64,000 bases of DNA, taken from IMG/VR virus record IMGVR_UViG_3300033148_008025, positions 57,455 to 121,454 of that record; one strand, 5' to 3'. Both the position numbers and the translations under genes were made by a program. Numbering within the stretch: position 1 is the first letter of the stretch; each line of letters starts with the position of its first letter. The notes beneath the pieces were generated by a model. The model was not told the origin of the DNA and searched no databases. It saw only the letters and a list, made by a program, of their open reading frames with translations. The DNA comes from a virus. Positions 42,715 through 52,130 of this stretch are shown piece after piece.

Positions 42715-44492
42715 TGGAACAAGTAGAAGAGAAAGAAGAAGCTCTTGATAGCTACGACTCGGATCCGTTTGACTTTACGGAGTTTCAGGAGCGACCAGCG
42801 ATGCGGAAACACATCGACTGGAAGCATGCGGGTGACTGGGCACCAACACTAAAATCATTCACAAAGAAAGGGCGTACAAAACCTTCCTTCGGTGGTCGTG
42901 TAAGTGATATCGCACAGGCGGTTCTTTACCATCTCGGGCGACCACTCCGCCTTGACAATCATGCATTCATGCTCCCAGTCTTCAACGACCAAGATCCGAG
43001 GCTGGTTCTTAAGTGTTCGCGACAGGTTGCGAAATCAACAACCATTTGCAATCTACAACTGATTGAATCGATCATCACTCCACACTGGAGAAGCCTCTAT
43101 GTCTCACCGTCTGCACTGCAGACGAGGCAATACTCCAACGAGAAACTTCGTCCTACAATCTACGACTCACCGTTTGTGAAGGGTGGTTTTGCTGGGAAAG
43201 GGGTCACTGACCAGGTTTTTGAGAAAACCTTACTCAACGGTTCATACATGTTCCTGCGATACGCATTCCTCACTGCAGCCCGAGCTCGAGGTATCCCTGC
43301 TAGCCGCGTGTTTTTTGATGAAGCCCAAGACCTCCTGAAAGACAATATCAAGGTTATCTCACAGTCGCTCTCGGCATCACGCCTTGCTGCAGGTGTTGAG
43401 GGGCGGGAGATGATTGCAGGAACACCCCTGACTTTCGCCAACACGCTAGAAGAGTATTGGCAGTGGTCGACCCAGAACGAGTGGCTAGTCCCTTGCGACT
43501 GCAAGGCACCTCGATATTGGAATATGATCGGCCCGACAAACATCGGAAAAAAAGGGCTGATCTGCTCAAGCAAAAACTGCGGAAAGCCACTCAATGCCGC
43601 AGCGGGGCAATGGGTTTCATTTCAGCCCGGCGAGCACTATGTTGGATACCACATCTCCCAACTCATGGTTCCGTGGAAACAGGAACCAGACGCATGGAGT
43701 GCTGAGATCGTACTTCCATTCGACAAGTGGCCAGAATCAAAGTTCAACAATGAAATTCTGGGGCTATCCTACGACAACGCATCATCCCCTGTTACGAGGA
43801 TGGACCTACAGGCAAATTGCTATCCGCAGCAAGAAATACCAAACAAGAACACAAGAAAGTTCGTCTGGCAGAAAGGCCCTGCACAGGCAGGGCTAAGGGT
43901 GTTTGCAGGTATTGACTGGGGAGAAGGTCGAGAAGAAGGCGCGGTTGAAGGTGGGGTCAAGAGGTTCGCGTCATGGACCGTGCTAACTCTGGGCGGATAT
44001 GTTGGCGACAAGTTTTGGCCATTCGCCATGAAGCGATACGTGGGCAAGGATGTTGATCCAGAGATAATCATCCCAGACGTTCTGCACCTATGCGGATACT
44101 GGAACGTCGAAGTTGTGGGGGCTGACTGGGGGCACGGCTGGGGAATGAATAGCCGGATCATGAAGGCAATCGGAAAGCCTCGGGTGATGCAATTCGCTTA
44201 TTCGTCCAATCTTGGTGAGAAAAAAAGATGGGACGCAAATGCCTACAAGTTCATCATCAACCGCAACTCAGCCCTTGTGAATGTCTTTTCGAGCATCAAG
44301 CAAGGGAAATACGTTTTCCCCGAATGGGAGGAATTTGAACCATTCGGAAAAGATATCCTGGCAGAGTATGTGGAGTACAATGAGCGAACTCGAACAATGA
44401 AGTACGACCATCCGATAGATCAGCCAGACGATGCCCTGCACAGTCTTGTGTATTGCAAACTTGCGGCTGACATCACTCTTGGAAAGTTCTAA
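42714..44492 (+). CDS. terL: Terminase large subunit
   Basis: Walker A-like LKCSRQVAKST, Walker B VFFDEAQD, AGTP motif, nuclease AGIDWG, ADWGHG, PDDALHS. Confidence 0.92.
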   Translation: MEQVEEKEEALDSYDSDPFDFTEFQERPAMRKHIDWKHAGDWAPTLKSFTKKGRTKPSFGGRVSDIAQAVLYHLGRPLRLDNHAFMLPVFNDQDPRLVLKCSRQVAKSTTICNLQLIESIITPHWRSLYVSPSALQTRQYSNEKLRPTIYDSPFVKGGFAGKGVTDQVFEKTLLNGSYMFLRYAFLTAARARGIPASRVFFDEAQDLLKDNIKVISQSLSASRLAAGVEGREMIAGTPLTFANTLEEYWQWSTQNEWLVPCDCKAPRYWNMIGPTNIGKKGLICSSKNCGKPLNAAAGQWVSFQPGEHYVGYHISQLMVPWKQEPDAWSAEIVLPFDKWPESKFNNEILGLSYDNASSPVTRMDLQANCYPQQEIPNKNTRKFVWQKGPAQAGLRVFAGIDWGEGREEGAVEGGVKRFASWTVLTLGGYVGDKFWPFAMKRYVGKDVDPEIIIPDVLHLCGYWNVEVVGADWGHGWGMNSRIMKAIGKPRVMQFAYSSNLGEKKRWDANAYKFIINRNSALVNVFSSIKQGKYVFPEWEEFEPFGKDILAEYVEYNERTRTMKYDHPIDQPDDALHSLVYCKLAADITLGKF

Positions 44493-44878
44493 TGGCTCTC
44501 GGGTTTCGCACGATGGAACAGCGGATCTCCGTTGGAAACGATTTCAACGGAACAGTTCCGCCTGGTGACATGTCGCGAGCGGACAGCCTTGAGCTGTATC
44601 CAATAAGTGTCTCTGGCGGAAGGTTTGACTTCAGCCTCGACGCTCCGGTTTTCGTTAGGTCAGTGGAAATACACCTTGGTGGACAGAGTGCTTGGACGCT
44701 TCACAAGTTGGATGTGAACAACAGAGAACTCCTGCTCATGCGAGGTACCGATGAAACAGATTTCATGTCAACCCTGTCGGAATCATTCATTATGACAGCC
44801 AGGCAGGTGCTATTACTTCGAACCACTGGTGCCACCGCGGAACTTCTTTGCAGGATAACCATCCAGTCTCCAGTATGA
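44492..44878 (+). CDS. Hypothetical beta-rich protein
   Basis: 128 aa; TAATG overlap with terL. Confidence 0.6.
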   Translation: MALGFRTMEQRISVGNDFNGTVPPGDMSRADSLELYPISVSGGRFDFSLDAPVFVRSVEIHLGGQSAWTLHKLDVNNRELLLMRGTDETDFMSTLSESFIMTARQVLLLRTTGATAELLCRITIQSPV

Positions 44879-44881
44879 TCC

Positions 44882-45148
44882 ATGGCATATCGCGACGGAA
44901 TATCTGATTGCTCGCTCAATTCAGGCGGTGGAGGTGGCGGCGGAACGTCATTCCTGGAGCTTCCCGATGAGCTCGATGACAGCTCCGACCCATACTTCTA
45001 CTTTGGATGGGAGAATGTTGATGGTGGCTGGCTGATTCGCAGGCAAGAGCGGAATACTTCAGTGTCACTGGATGCAACCGTGTTGAATAACTCATCGTAT
45101 GCCAATCTTGCAGCTGCCTGGATCGACCGAGCCGTCTTGGTGTACTAA
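44882..45148 (+). CDS. Small hypothetical virion accessory protein
   Basis: 88 aa; ends NLAAAWIDRAVLVY. Confidence 0.55.
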   Translation: MAYRDGISDCSLNSGGGGGGGTSFLELPDELDDSSDPYFYFGWENVDGGWLIRRQERNTSVSLDATVLNNSSYANLAAAWIDRAVLVY

Positions 45149-45175
45149 TAGTGGTGAACTACTCAAGGAGACACC

Positions 45176-45700
45176 ATGGCCAAGCAAACATTTACACTCT
45201 GGGATAACGAACTCTTTACTGCACTGGACGCAGGGGTTGATGGCGATGGCACGTTCGACCTTGCTATTAGCGAAGAGCAGTCAAATTCGGTGTCGCTACG
45301 ATCACTTAAACTCATTATGCAGTATAGGAGCATTGCGCCTCCCGCCGAAGATGCGCAGGGGAACACGCAATATCAATCATTCGGACTGGACTGCCTAGTG
45401 GAGGGTGACTTTGGGGGAAGCTGGGTTCCCGTCGCATATCAGTTCACACCATTCAATCGTCCAAGCCGGGGCGAGACTCGCATCATCCAGCTTCAACCAA
45501 GCATAGCCGGATTCGATGCTGGGGTTGATGACATCATGTATGTTGGGGACTCGACAATTGCCAGGGTCTCGCGCCAGCAAGGAGTCCTTCCCGACTCAAA
45601 GTTCCGAGTTCGTATCCGTCTGACAGAGCGAGGTTTCGGTAGCGCAAACGCGTTCGAAAGCATCCTCTTGAGTGGCATGGGAGAGGCTTTCGATGTCTAA
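45176..45700 (+). CDS. Hypothetical beta-rich protein
   Basis: 174 aa; AAGGAG RBS. Confidence 0.65.
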   Translation: MAKQTFTLWDNELFTALDAGVDGDGTFDLAISEEQSNSVSLRSLKLIMQYRSIAPPAEDAQGNTQYQSFGLDCLVEGDFGGSWVPVAYQFTPFNRPSRGETRIIQLQPSIAGFDAGVDDIMYVGDSTIARVSRQQGVLPDSKFRVRIRLTERGFGSANAFESILLSGMGEAFDV

Positions 45701-45914
45701 GTTGACAGCCAGAGCAACAAAAGGTGCTTGCCCGTACTGCGGGGAATCTGCGCTACAGAAGTCGGTTGGCAATAGGCCTCGACCAGACGAGATTGCAATG
45801 CAGTGTTCGAACGTTGAATGTCTGCGATACTGTACGAGCACCAACGGGCAATTCTACCCGCACGACGACCCTGCTGATGCGTCGTCAGCTATCGCAAAAG
45901 TCGTTCAATACTGA
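45693..45914 (+). CDS. Small zinc-ribbon protein
   Basis: CPYC...CSNVEC; overlaps the upstream stop. Confidence 0.55.
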   Translation: MSKLTARATKGACPYCGESALQKSVGNRPRPDEIAMQCSNVECLRYCTSTNGQFYPHDDPADASSAIAKVVQY

Positions 45915-45945
45915 GCGCAACAAACAAATAACGGAAATCTGAAAC

Positions 45946-47571
45946 ATGGCAGTCGTAGCGGTAGCAGCGGACAGTTCACGCTATGACTCCATGGACACCG
46001 ACGACAATACTACAAACATCGGCGGTGGTACGGCCGAGGGCGTAGAGGAAGACATCACGTATCAAAACAACCTTTCCATATCGAGAAAGGTTACTGCGCA
46101 CGGGTTCTACACGACGACCAGCGCAGCCAGAAATCTTACTGCTGCTGGCCGCAAAACATGGATTGCGAAGGGTTGGCTCACCAACTACGGCTCACTGGCT
46201 ACCCCCGGAAACAAGGCTGAGGTACGGGTTGGATCCGGCACTGCCGATTACTACAACTACATTTTCGGGTCATCCACTGTGGAGTATCCAGCCAAAGGCG
46301 GCTGGGTAATCATGGCCATCGATCCATCCATTGCTTCACACAGAAGTGGTACCGTTGGCTCTCCAGCTCTCTCGGCATGTGACTACTTTGCCGCGTATGC
46401 AGATTGCTCAACATCTCGGTCTCCCAATCTCGTCATGGACGCAATCGACGTTCACCACGGGCACTACATTACCGGTGGAACGTCTACGGACCCCGATGGC
46501 ACGTTTGCAGATATGCTTGCAGACGATGAAGGGGATGTTGTCAATGGCAGGATCGGAGCAATAACAAGCATCGGTGACACCATCCTAGCGCTTGGCCGTC
46601 TAATCATCGGTGCGACATCATCGAGTGGCACGCTTACGTCTACCGCCACAGAATTTACCTCGGTCGGAGAATCGGTAGTATTCCCGGACCACTGGGCAGC
46701 AGCGGGGTTCTCGGGACTTACGGTAGACCTAGGTATTGCTGGCACTACGGTAAAGTGGACACGAGGTTCCTTCAAGTCGGAGGGAACGTCAGCCGGCGAA
46801 GATACTCGTGCAGTGCTCGACGTCGTCAATACGACATCAACACTCGGTCTAATTGTAGATCTGTGTTCATTCGTTGCACTCGCCAGCGTCAACCTGAACA
46901 CAAAATGCTCCTTCACAAACTGCACCTTTACGGCATGCGGGCAAATAGATACCGGCGGAACTAGCACTCTGCCTGGCAGCGATCTTTCTGGAGTCTCCGT
47001 AATAGGATCAACGGCAACCAGCGCTGTTCTCTGGAACACAAACCATGACCCAGTCACAGAATTCACAAACATGTCGTTTGTGTCCCCTGGAACCGGACAT
47101 GCGATGGAGTTCGGCTCCAACACTCCCTCGACTATTGAACTGATCGGCCACGACTATGGAAGCGACTATGCCGCCACCGACGGATCGACAGGTAATGAAG
47201 TTGTTTTCAATAATAGCGGCAAGCACCTCACGATCAATGTGACGAACGGAGCTACACCGACCATCATGAACGGCTCCGGTGCTTCAACGACAGTCAACAA
47301 CCCAGTCACACTGACGCTGACGGGGATTGATACAGCAGCCCGAGTAGTAGTTGTCAGCGACCCATCTGGCGCCAGAACTGTGCTTGCAGACGGATTCCCC
47401 AACGGATCAGGCGAGTTTGCCTATGCCTATAACTACACATCAGACACTCCAGTGGACATCGGCATCTATGGCATTGATAATGAGGTAGTTGAGTTCCTCG
47501 ACACCTTGACCAACTCTAGCAGGACCTTCCCTGTTCCCCAATCATCCGACCCCTTCTACAACAATCCGTAA
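45946..47571 (+). CDS. Thr/Gly/Ser-rich virion accessory (fibre/decoration-like) protein
   Basis: 541 aa; beta-rich, short beta-helix-like CSFTNCTFTACG stretch. Confidence 0.6.
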   Translation: MAVVAVAADSSRYDSMDTDDNTTNIGGGTAEGVEEDITYQNNLSISRKVTAHGFYTTTSAARNLTAAGRKTWIAKGWLTNYGSLATPGNKAEVRVGSGTADYYNYIFGSSTVEYPAKGGWVIMAIDPSIASHRSGTVGSPALSACDYFAAYADCSTSRSPNLVMDAIDVHHGHYITGGTSTDPDGTFADMLADDEGDVVNGRIGAITSIGDTILALGRLIIGATSSSGTLTSTATEFTSVGESVVFPDHWAAAGFSGLTVDLGIAGTTVKWTRGSFKSEGTSAGEDTRAVLDVVNTTSTLGLIVDLCSFVALASVNLNTKCSFTNCTFTACGQIDTGGTSTLPGSDLSGVSVIGSTATSAVLWNTNHDPVTEFTNMSFVSPGTGHAMEFGSNTPSTIELIGHDYGSDYAATDGSTGNEVVFNNSGKHLTINVTNGATPTIMNGSGASTTVNNPVTLTLTGIDTAARVVVVSDPSGARTVLADGFPNGSGEFAYAYNYTSDTPVDIGIYGIDNEVVEFLDTLTNSSRTFPVPQSSDPFYNNP

Positions 47572-47603
47572 CAGTCTTTGCTGTCTAAGAAAGAAACATC
47601 ACC

Positions 47604-49448
47604 ATGGCTAAAATCGTAGATCCAGACCAGCTCAATCAAGCAACCGAGGTTGTTTTTGACACTGGCGCAAAGACCTATCAGCTTCTTGTTGCAGGAAACC
47701 TCGATGACAACTCGCCGGGCAAATCATCCGGAGTGACCATGCAGGCATTCTATTCTTTCTCTAAAGAAGAATGGCTTGCCACGGCCGCGCTCCGGCGCTT
47801 CCGCTTTCCAATTGATCCTATTTTCGAAGCAAAATTTAACATCGTCAACGGGTGGGCTCCAGCCGACCAACAAACGCGAGATCTTAAGCGAGACGGCGGA
47901 TGGCAAGAGCAGATCAGCGGGGCAGAATTCGCATGTCTAATCTCCCTTGGTTCAGGGATTGGATCAGCTGATGCTTCTTATCTTCAGCAGGTCATCGGCT
48001 TTGCCTCGGCAACCACGGCGCTAGACAAAACCGGAGACATCAACGAGCCGTTTCAAATCTTTGATGGTGGCTCGAATGACTATCGCGACTTTTTGAAGGC
48101 ATTCCTACGCATCCAAGGAAAGAGCATTGCCGAGGGTAACCTCTTGGTCGACCAGGATTTGTCAGCTCTTACGTATCAGGCATACAGGATGCCGCTATCC
48201 AACTTGGCCGATGCGAAAATCACTGCATCAGATGGAACGATTGATGGCAATGCTCCGTACACTAGCATGTCGATTAACTTCATCAAGGGGTCTGGATTTA
48301 CGACATTTGCTGATGCAACTGTATATGCAGCTGGTGCTGTTGTCCTGGATGCCAGCATCCAGGCGAGTGGTAGTTCGAACGGTACATGGTGGTTTACACC
48401 TGGCGGGGGAACATCCAGTGGCGCAAACACTGGCGTCGATACAAACATAACTGACTGGGAAAGCTATGCAGGGGAAGAGCAGATTGGAACCGAGTGGTTC
48501 GCATTCAATGTGATTCTTCTTGGAAATGCTGCAACCGTAGAGCAAGTTTACGAGAATGAGCGACGCCAGCTACGACAAGTGGGAGATGTCAACGACGATA
48601 CTCTTGGTGGTCCAAATCAGGACGCATATGGCACTGTAAATGGGGAGATTTCAAAAATCCTTCTTGGGTTTGTCGGAGATGAACTCCAGACCAAGCCTGG
48701 TGTCCTGGTTCGAAACTTTGACTCCAATGACACGAACTCGATTCGGATGTTCGACATCACGGTTGACGGCGGGGGGCTGGATATCGAAGACAGTCCGCTA
48801 ACGACAACTGCGCGTACATTCCCATTCGTATCTGCAGGGGAGATGGTATTCAGCGAAAACGTTGTTGGCGAGCCCGACGGGGACACGATCTACGACATGT
48901 ACTTCCAGTATACCAAGCGTGTAACAAATAATGATATTGCAATGACAACAGCGTCAACCAATACTGGAACGCTCACGTCTGGCTCTTCCGAACTGGGACA
49001 TCTTAGCCTGGATGACTACATTGCCATCAGCGGTTTTGCCACAAACGCAGTCAACAACGGCATCTTCAGGGTTACTGGTACCCCAACTTCCGCTGCTGTC
49101 GACATTGAGAAGATCTACAATGTAGCTGACACGCTTATAGATGAAACTGCTGGCGATTCGGTAAACGTTGACAGTAATCCTGTTAACACACCGGATGCTA
49201 TCCTGGTCAAGGATGACACAGGCACTGATATTACTGGGCAGGTTACAGCCTCCGCTGTCGGGTTTACTTTTGACTACGATAACAACATCCAAGGTGGGCG
49301 AGCGGCGGTTGAAGATGCTCCAATCGAGATCCATGCTCAGGGCAAAGAGGACTCAAAGGTCCAATATGCCCAGTTTACGATCACCAGAAGTACAGGACTT
49401 TCTTTCCCTGTGAACCTTGGCGATGACCTTGTGTATTTGAACCCATAG
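47604..49448 (+). CDS. Acidic beta-rich virion accessory protein
   Basis: 614 aa; N-terminal MAKIVDPDQL...FYSFSKEEW...NGW domain. Confidence 0.6.
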   Translation: MAKIVDPDQLNQATEVVFDTGAKTYQLLVAGNLDDNSPGKSSGVTMQAFYSFSKEEWLATAALRRFRFPIDPIFEAKFNIVNGWAPADQQTRDLKRDGGWQEQISGAEFACLISLGSGIGSADASYLQQVIGFASATTALDKTGDINEPFQIFDGGSNDYRDFLKAFLRIQGKSIAEGNLLVDQDLSALTYQAYRMPLSNLADAKITASDGTIDGNAPYTSMSINFIKGSGFTTFADATVYAAGAVVLDASIQASGSSNGTWWFTPGGGTSSGANTGVDTNITDWESYAGEEQIGTEWFAFNVILLGNAATVEQVYENERRQLRQVGDVNDDTLGGPNQDAYGTVNGEISKILLGFVGDELQTKPGVLVRNFDSNDTNSIRMFDITVDGGGLDIEDSPLTTTARTFPFVSAGEMVFSENVVGEPDGDTIYDMYFQYTKRVTNNDIAMTTASTNTGTLTSGSSELGHLSLDDYIAISGFATNAVNNGIFRVTGTPTSAAVDIEKIYNVADTLIDETAGDSVNVDSNPVNTPDAILVKDDTGTDITGQVTASAVGFTFDYDNNIQGGRAAVEDAPIEIHAQGKEDSKVQYAQFTITRSTGLSFPVNLGDDLVYLNP

Positions 49449-49464
49449 GGAATAGGCTAGCCAT

Positions 49465-49926
49465 ATGGCTAATACTCGAAAAGTTGAAATGCTTACCGCA
49501 GAGCAGTATCGAAAAATCGAAACTGCTGTGCAGAAAGAAGCGAAAAGGCGCCCTGATAAAAAGGGTGAAACTTGGCGCATCAAAAAACTCAACCGATACT
49601 GGTGCTTTCGTCTCCAAAATGAAGCACAGGGCGGATGCGTTGCGGATGATCCATCGAAGCCCCCGGAGCAGCGACCGCCGGAGGGCTTCAAAGAGGAGAT
49701 GGAGTCCACATTGGGGTTTACCGAGTGGGCGGATTTCGCTGACATATGGGATCTACATCCAGCCAGGCCTAATGAAATTGTTCACCGAACAGTCTCCGTG
49801 TGGCATGAGCATGAAGCACGGATGCGTGCCCTTGTCCCAGTTCTTCCTGTTATCAAGAAAAGCGATTCCCGAGGGGATAGGGTAATAAAAAGAGCCGCCT
49901 TGCAGCTTTTGAGTACCAAGGAGTGA
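49465..49926 (+). CDS. Hypothetical protein
   Basis: 153 aa ORF in operon order. Confidence 0.55.
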   Translation: MANTRKVEMLTAEQYRKIETAVQKEAKRRPDKKGETWRIKKLNRYWCFRLQNEAQGGCVADDPSKPPEQRPPEGFKEEMESTLGFTEWADFADIWDLHPARPNEIVHRTVSVWHEHEARMRALVPVLPVIKKSDSRGDRVIKRAALQLLSTKE

Positions 49927-49929
49927 TCT

Positions 49930-50442
49930 TTGGCTCTTCGGGCTATAGCCGATCCAGTCACCAGGATCATTCAGCTATTGGATGCTCCTGTCGGTGGGCT
50001 GTCTGATATCAGTGTCCCTTACGACCTGTATAGTAGGCTCAAGGATGATTGGCACTCTACCCCAAATCTAAGAAAGCTTCACTTCTGCTTCAGCACGGAA
50101 GGTGGTACGACGGTAACTCCAGTCAAGAAGTCTGGAGCCTATTTCTTTCTGCGCAACGATCTGGGGTGGAGGCTTCGACCATACGATGCCAACCAAGAGT
50201 TAACGATCGACGGAATGCTTTACCCCTCGGACATTTCAATTCCGATGATCTTAACTCCTGCAGGCAGAACTATCATCATCTTCAACGAGCGCTCCAACCT
50301 TGCTCAGAGCGTGCAGGCTGAAACGGATTCGGCTGCAGTTGCAAACGCTGTCAGAGCTGAGCTTGCTCCAGAGCTCGCAGACATTGCAGTCACAGTCGAC
50401 CACGCCAGGGCTGCAAACGCTCAGACGAAAATAATTCCCTAG
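49930..50442 (+). CDS. Protein sharing the N-terminal domain of 47604-49448
   Basis: 170 aa, TTG start; DLYSRLKDDW...YFFLRNDLGWRLRP. Confidence 0.55.
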   Translation: MALRAIADPVTRIIQLLDAPVGGLSDISVPYDLYSRLKDDWHSTPNLRKLHFCFSTEGGTTVTPVKKSGAYFFLRNDLGWRLRPYDANQELTIDGMLYPSDISIPMILTPAGRTIIIFNERSNLAQSVQAETDSAAVANAVRAELAPELADIAVTVDHARAANAQTKIIP

Positions 50443-50849
50443 CGCTTATTGCTTTTCTCTTCGATTTTGTCGAACAGTGCTCTGGTGAGAGAGCCAGTTA
50501 GCGCACCCTGTGTTCCAAGGCCTGCAAGCTCAGACTTGGTTGTCAGCGGATCTTTCTTGGACAGGAGGCTGATAGATTTCGTCCCCTTCGGTCGGGCTAC
50601 ATTTTTGATGACCCTTGTCATCCCACGTCCGCTCAGCACTGCAGCGGGGATTGCCATGGCACCGAGAAGACTTGAAGCAAGGTAGTTCCTCTTCCTCTTT
50701 CGCCGTGCTTCTGGAATTTTGCGAATGATGCTGTCGGCACTATTCTCAGCCTTCATCTTGATTTTTGCAGACTCGAGAACGTCGTTAGACCCACTCGATG
50801 CACTCAGTTTTGTAAGCTCATCCGCGAAGCCTGACATCATTGGAGTCAT
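50439..50849 (-). CDS. Small basic protein with N-terminal GFADELTKLS tag and hydrophobic helices
   Basis: 136 aa; MTPMMSGFADELTKLSAS; YLASSLLGAMAIPAAVL helix. Confidence 0.7.
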   Translation of the reverse strand: MTPMMSGFADELTKLSASSGSNDVLESAKIKMKAENSADSIIRKIPEARRKRKRNYLASSLLGAMAIPAAVLSGRGMTRVIKNVARPKGTKSISLLSKKDPLTTKSELAGLGTQGALTGSLTRALFDKIEEKSNKR

Positions 50850-50871
50850 TGCTTCAGTCTAACCGATGACT

Positions 50872-50911
50872 AAAAAAAAGAAAACTACGCCAGGGGATTG
50901 CTCCCCCGGCG
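50872..50911 (-). terminator. Intrinsic terminator
   Basis: Minus strand CGCCGGGGGA-GCAA-TCCCCTGGCG followed by AGTTTTCTTTTTTTT. Confidence 0.85.
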
Positions 50912-50916
50912 CAAGA

Positions 50917-51339
50917 CTAGATCATATTTGCGACTTTCAATTTGAGCAGCACCACAAGGTTTTCGACCTCCTCAACTCTGTTAAATGCCGTCATGGATTC
51001 CGCATCAAAACGATGATGGGCCTTTTTCCTGACGACATCTAGTCCCATCAACTCGCCGAGCTCAACTTCTGCCATTGCGGCTATGGCGCCTGCCAAGGCC
51101 TTTCTTGCTGCCTCGGCTTGGTTGGTTGCTAGCTCGACAATTCCTGTAATCGCAGTGCAGCGACCACGGATTACTCCAAGGTCAACATTCTCAATCTTGA
51201 TTCCATCTACATTCGCATTTGCAATAACCGCAATGGCATGCACTACGTCTATCTTTTTCTGGGCTTCTTCCTGAATAGAAAGCAGTTTTAAGTCTGCTTT
51301 CTCAATCTTGATACCAATACTGTCGATGACTTCTTCCAT
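50917..51339 (-). CDS. Hypothetical helical protein
   Basis: 140 aa from ATG 51339 with AAAGGAG RBS; ends at the terminator. Confidence 0.7.
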   Translation of the reverse strand: MEEVIDSIGIKIEKADLKLLSIQEEAQKKIDVVHAIAVIANANVDGIKIENVDLGVIRGRCTAITGIVELATNQAEAARKALAGAIAAMAEVELGELMGLDVVRKKAHHRFDAESMTAFNRVEEVENLVVLLKLKVANMI

Positions 51340-51356
51340 CTTGGACTCCTTTGTTA

Positions 51357-51406
51357 TGGCTAAGAAGGTTGGGGTGTCGAACCCCATACCCGTCCTTTGC
51401 CTTCTT
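51357..51406 (-). ncRNA. tRNA-minihelix-like structured element (T-arm + acceptor-like stem + CCA)
   Basis: AAGAAGG-13 nt-TGGGG-TTCGACA-CCCCA-A-CCTTCTT-AG-CCA; no D or anticodon arm, so not a canonical tRNA. Confidence 0.4.
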
Positions 51407-51411
51407 GAAGT

Positions 51412-51420
51412 CCTTATGCC
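51412..51420 (-). promoter_or_regulatory. GGCATAAGG motif (copy 3 of 3 exact), preceded by GGCGTAA
   Basis: Overlaps the stop of the upstream minus-strand gene; about 72 nt upstream of ATG 51339. Confidence 0.45.
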
Positions 51421-52097
51421 TTATTACGCCACGAGACCTTTATCTCAAGTGGGTGTGCAATAATCCCTTGCCCATTCACCCCCTCTGCAAATAAATCCAT
51501 CAGCCCAATGAAGGCTTCCTCGGCCTTGGCTGCATCGGACCAGCTTGCGCCAAATGCAATCATATTTTCGTCCATGAAGAATGGGTCACCATTCCGACTT
51601 GCTTCCAGAAGAACAGGTGCCTTTAGGTGCCATCGCTTGAATTGCTTGCTGCCACCCCAGTAGTCGATAACTTTGAAAGCTGGTCCAATCGGAGTTTCCC
51701 CACTGGTAGCAATCTTGCCATCTTCTACGGCATACCCCATTGCTCGCATCCTCTCTATGTCAATGCCCTTGCTGGCGCCCATGACAACGGAAGCCAGTGC
51801 TCCGCCGGATGGAACTATAGACCTGTCAAACACTAGGTGAACAACTGTCTCAAGAGGCCTGTCTGGAACAGTACGCAAGAGCCCGTCCACTTCCCGTGCG
51901 GCCTTCATACCAAGGATTGCCGGCTGGGGCGGGGAAGCTTCTATCTGCGCCGCAGAGGCTGTCAGCTGCTTCCAAATGGATGTCTGGTCATACTTCGCCG
52001 TGGACAGCTCTACCGGAGGCTCAGTTCTTTGCACTGGTTCTCCACTTGCGACCAAATGCGCGCTAATATCACTTCCACAGTTCGGACAGAATTTCAT
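51414..52097 (-). CDS. Hypothetical protein with N-terminal zinc ribbon
   Basis: 227 aa from ATG 52097 (AAGGAG RBS); MKFCPNCGS. Confidence 0.7.
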   Translation of the reverse strand: MKFCPNCGSDISAHLVASGEPVQRTEPPVELSTAKYDQTSIWKQLTASAAQIEASPPQPAILGMKAAREVDGLLRTVPDRPLETVVHLVFDRSIVPSGGALASVVMGASKGIDIERMRAMGYAVEDGKIATSGETPIGPAFKVIDYWGGSKQFKRWHLKAPVLLEASRNGDPFFMDENMIAFGASWSDAAKAEEAFIGLMDLFAEGVNGQGIIAHPLEIKVSWRNKA

Positions 52098-52130
52098 ACA
52101 AGTTTCTCCTTCAGGTGTATTTCCGCTCGC

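Noticed and set aside
43006-43044. Inactive terminase because Walker A reads RQVAKST rather than RQxGKS
   Set aside because: Lys-Ser/Thr, Walker B DE and nuclease Asp residues are intact, and deviant Walker A sequences are common in terminases.
46464-47123. Long antisense ORFs (219 aa here; also 57332-57964, 57805-58311, 28577-29077, 30044-30520 and many shorter)
   Set aside because: Fully opposite well-supported + strand genes, no RBS or motifs; expected mirror ORFs from codon bias.
51357-51406. Canonical tRNA gene
   Set aside because: Only 13 nt between the acceptor-like strand and T-arm, with no D or anticodon arm; kept only as a tRNA-like element.
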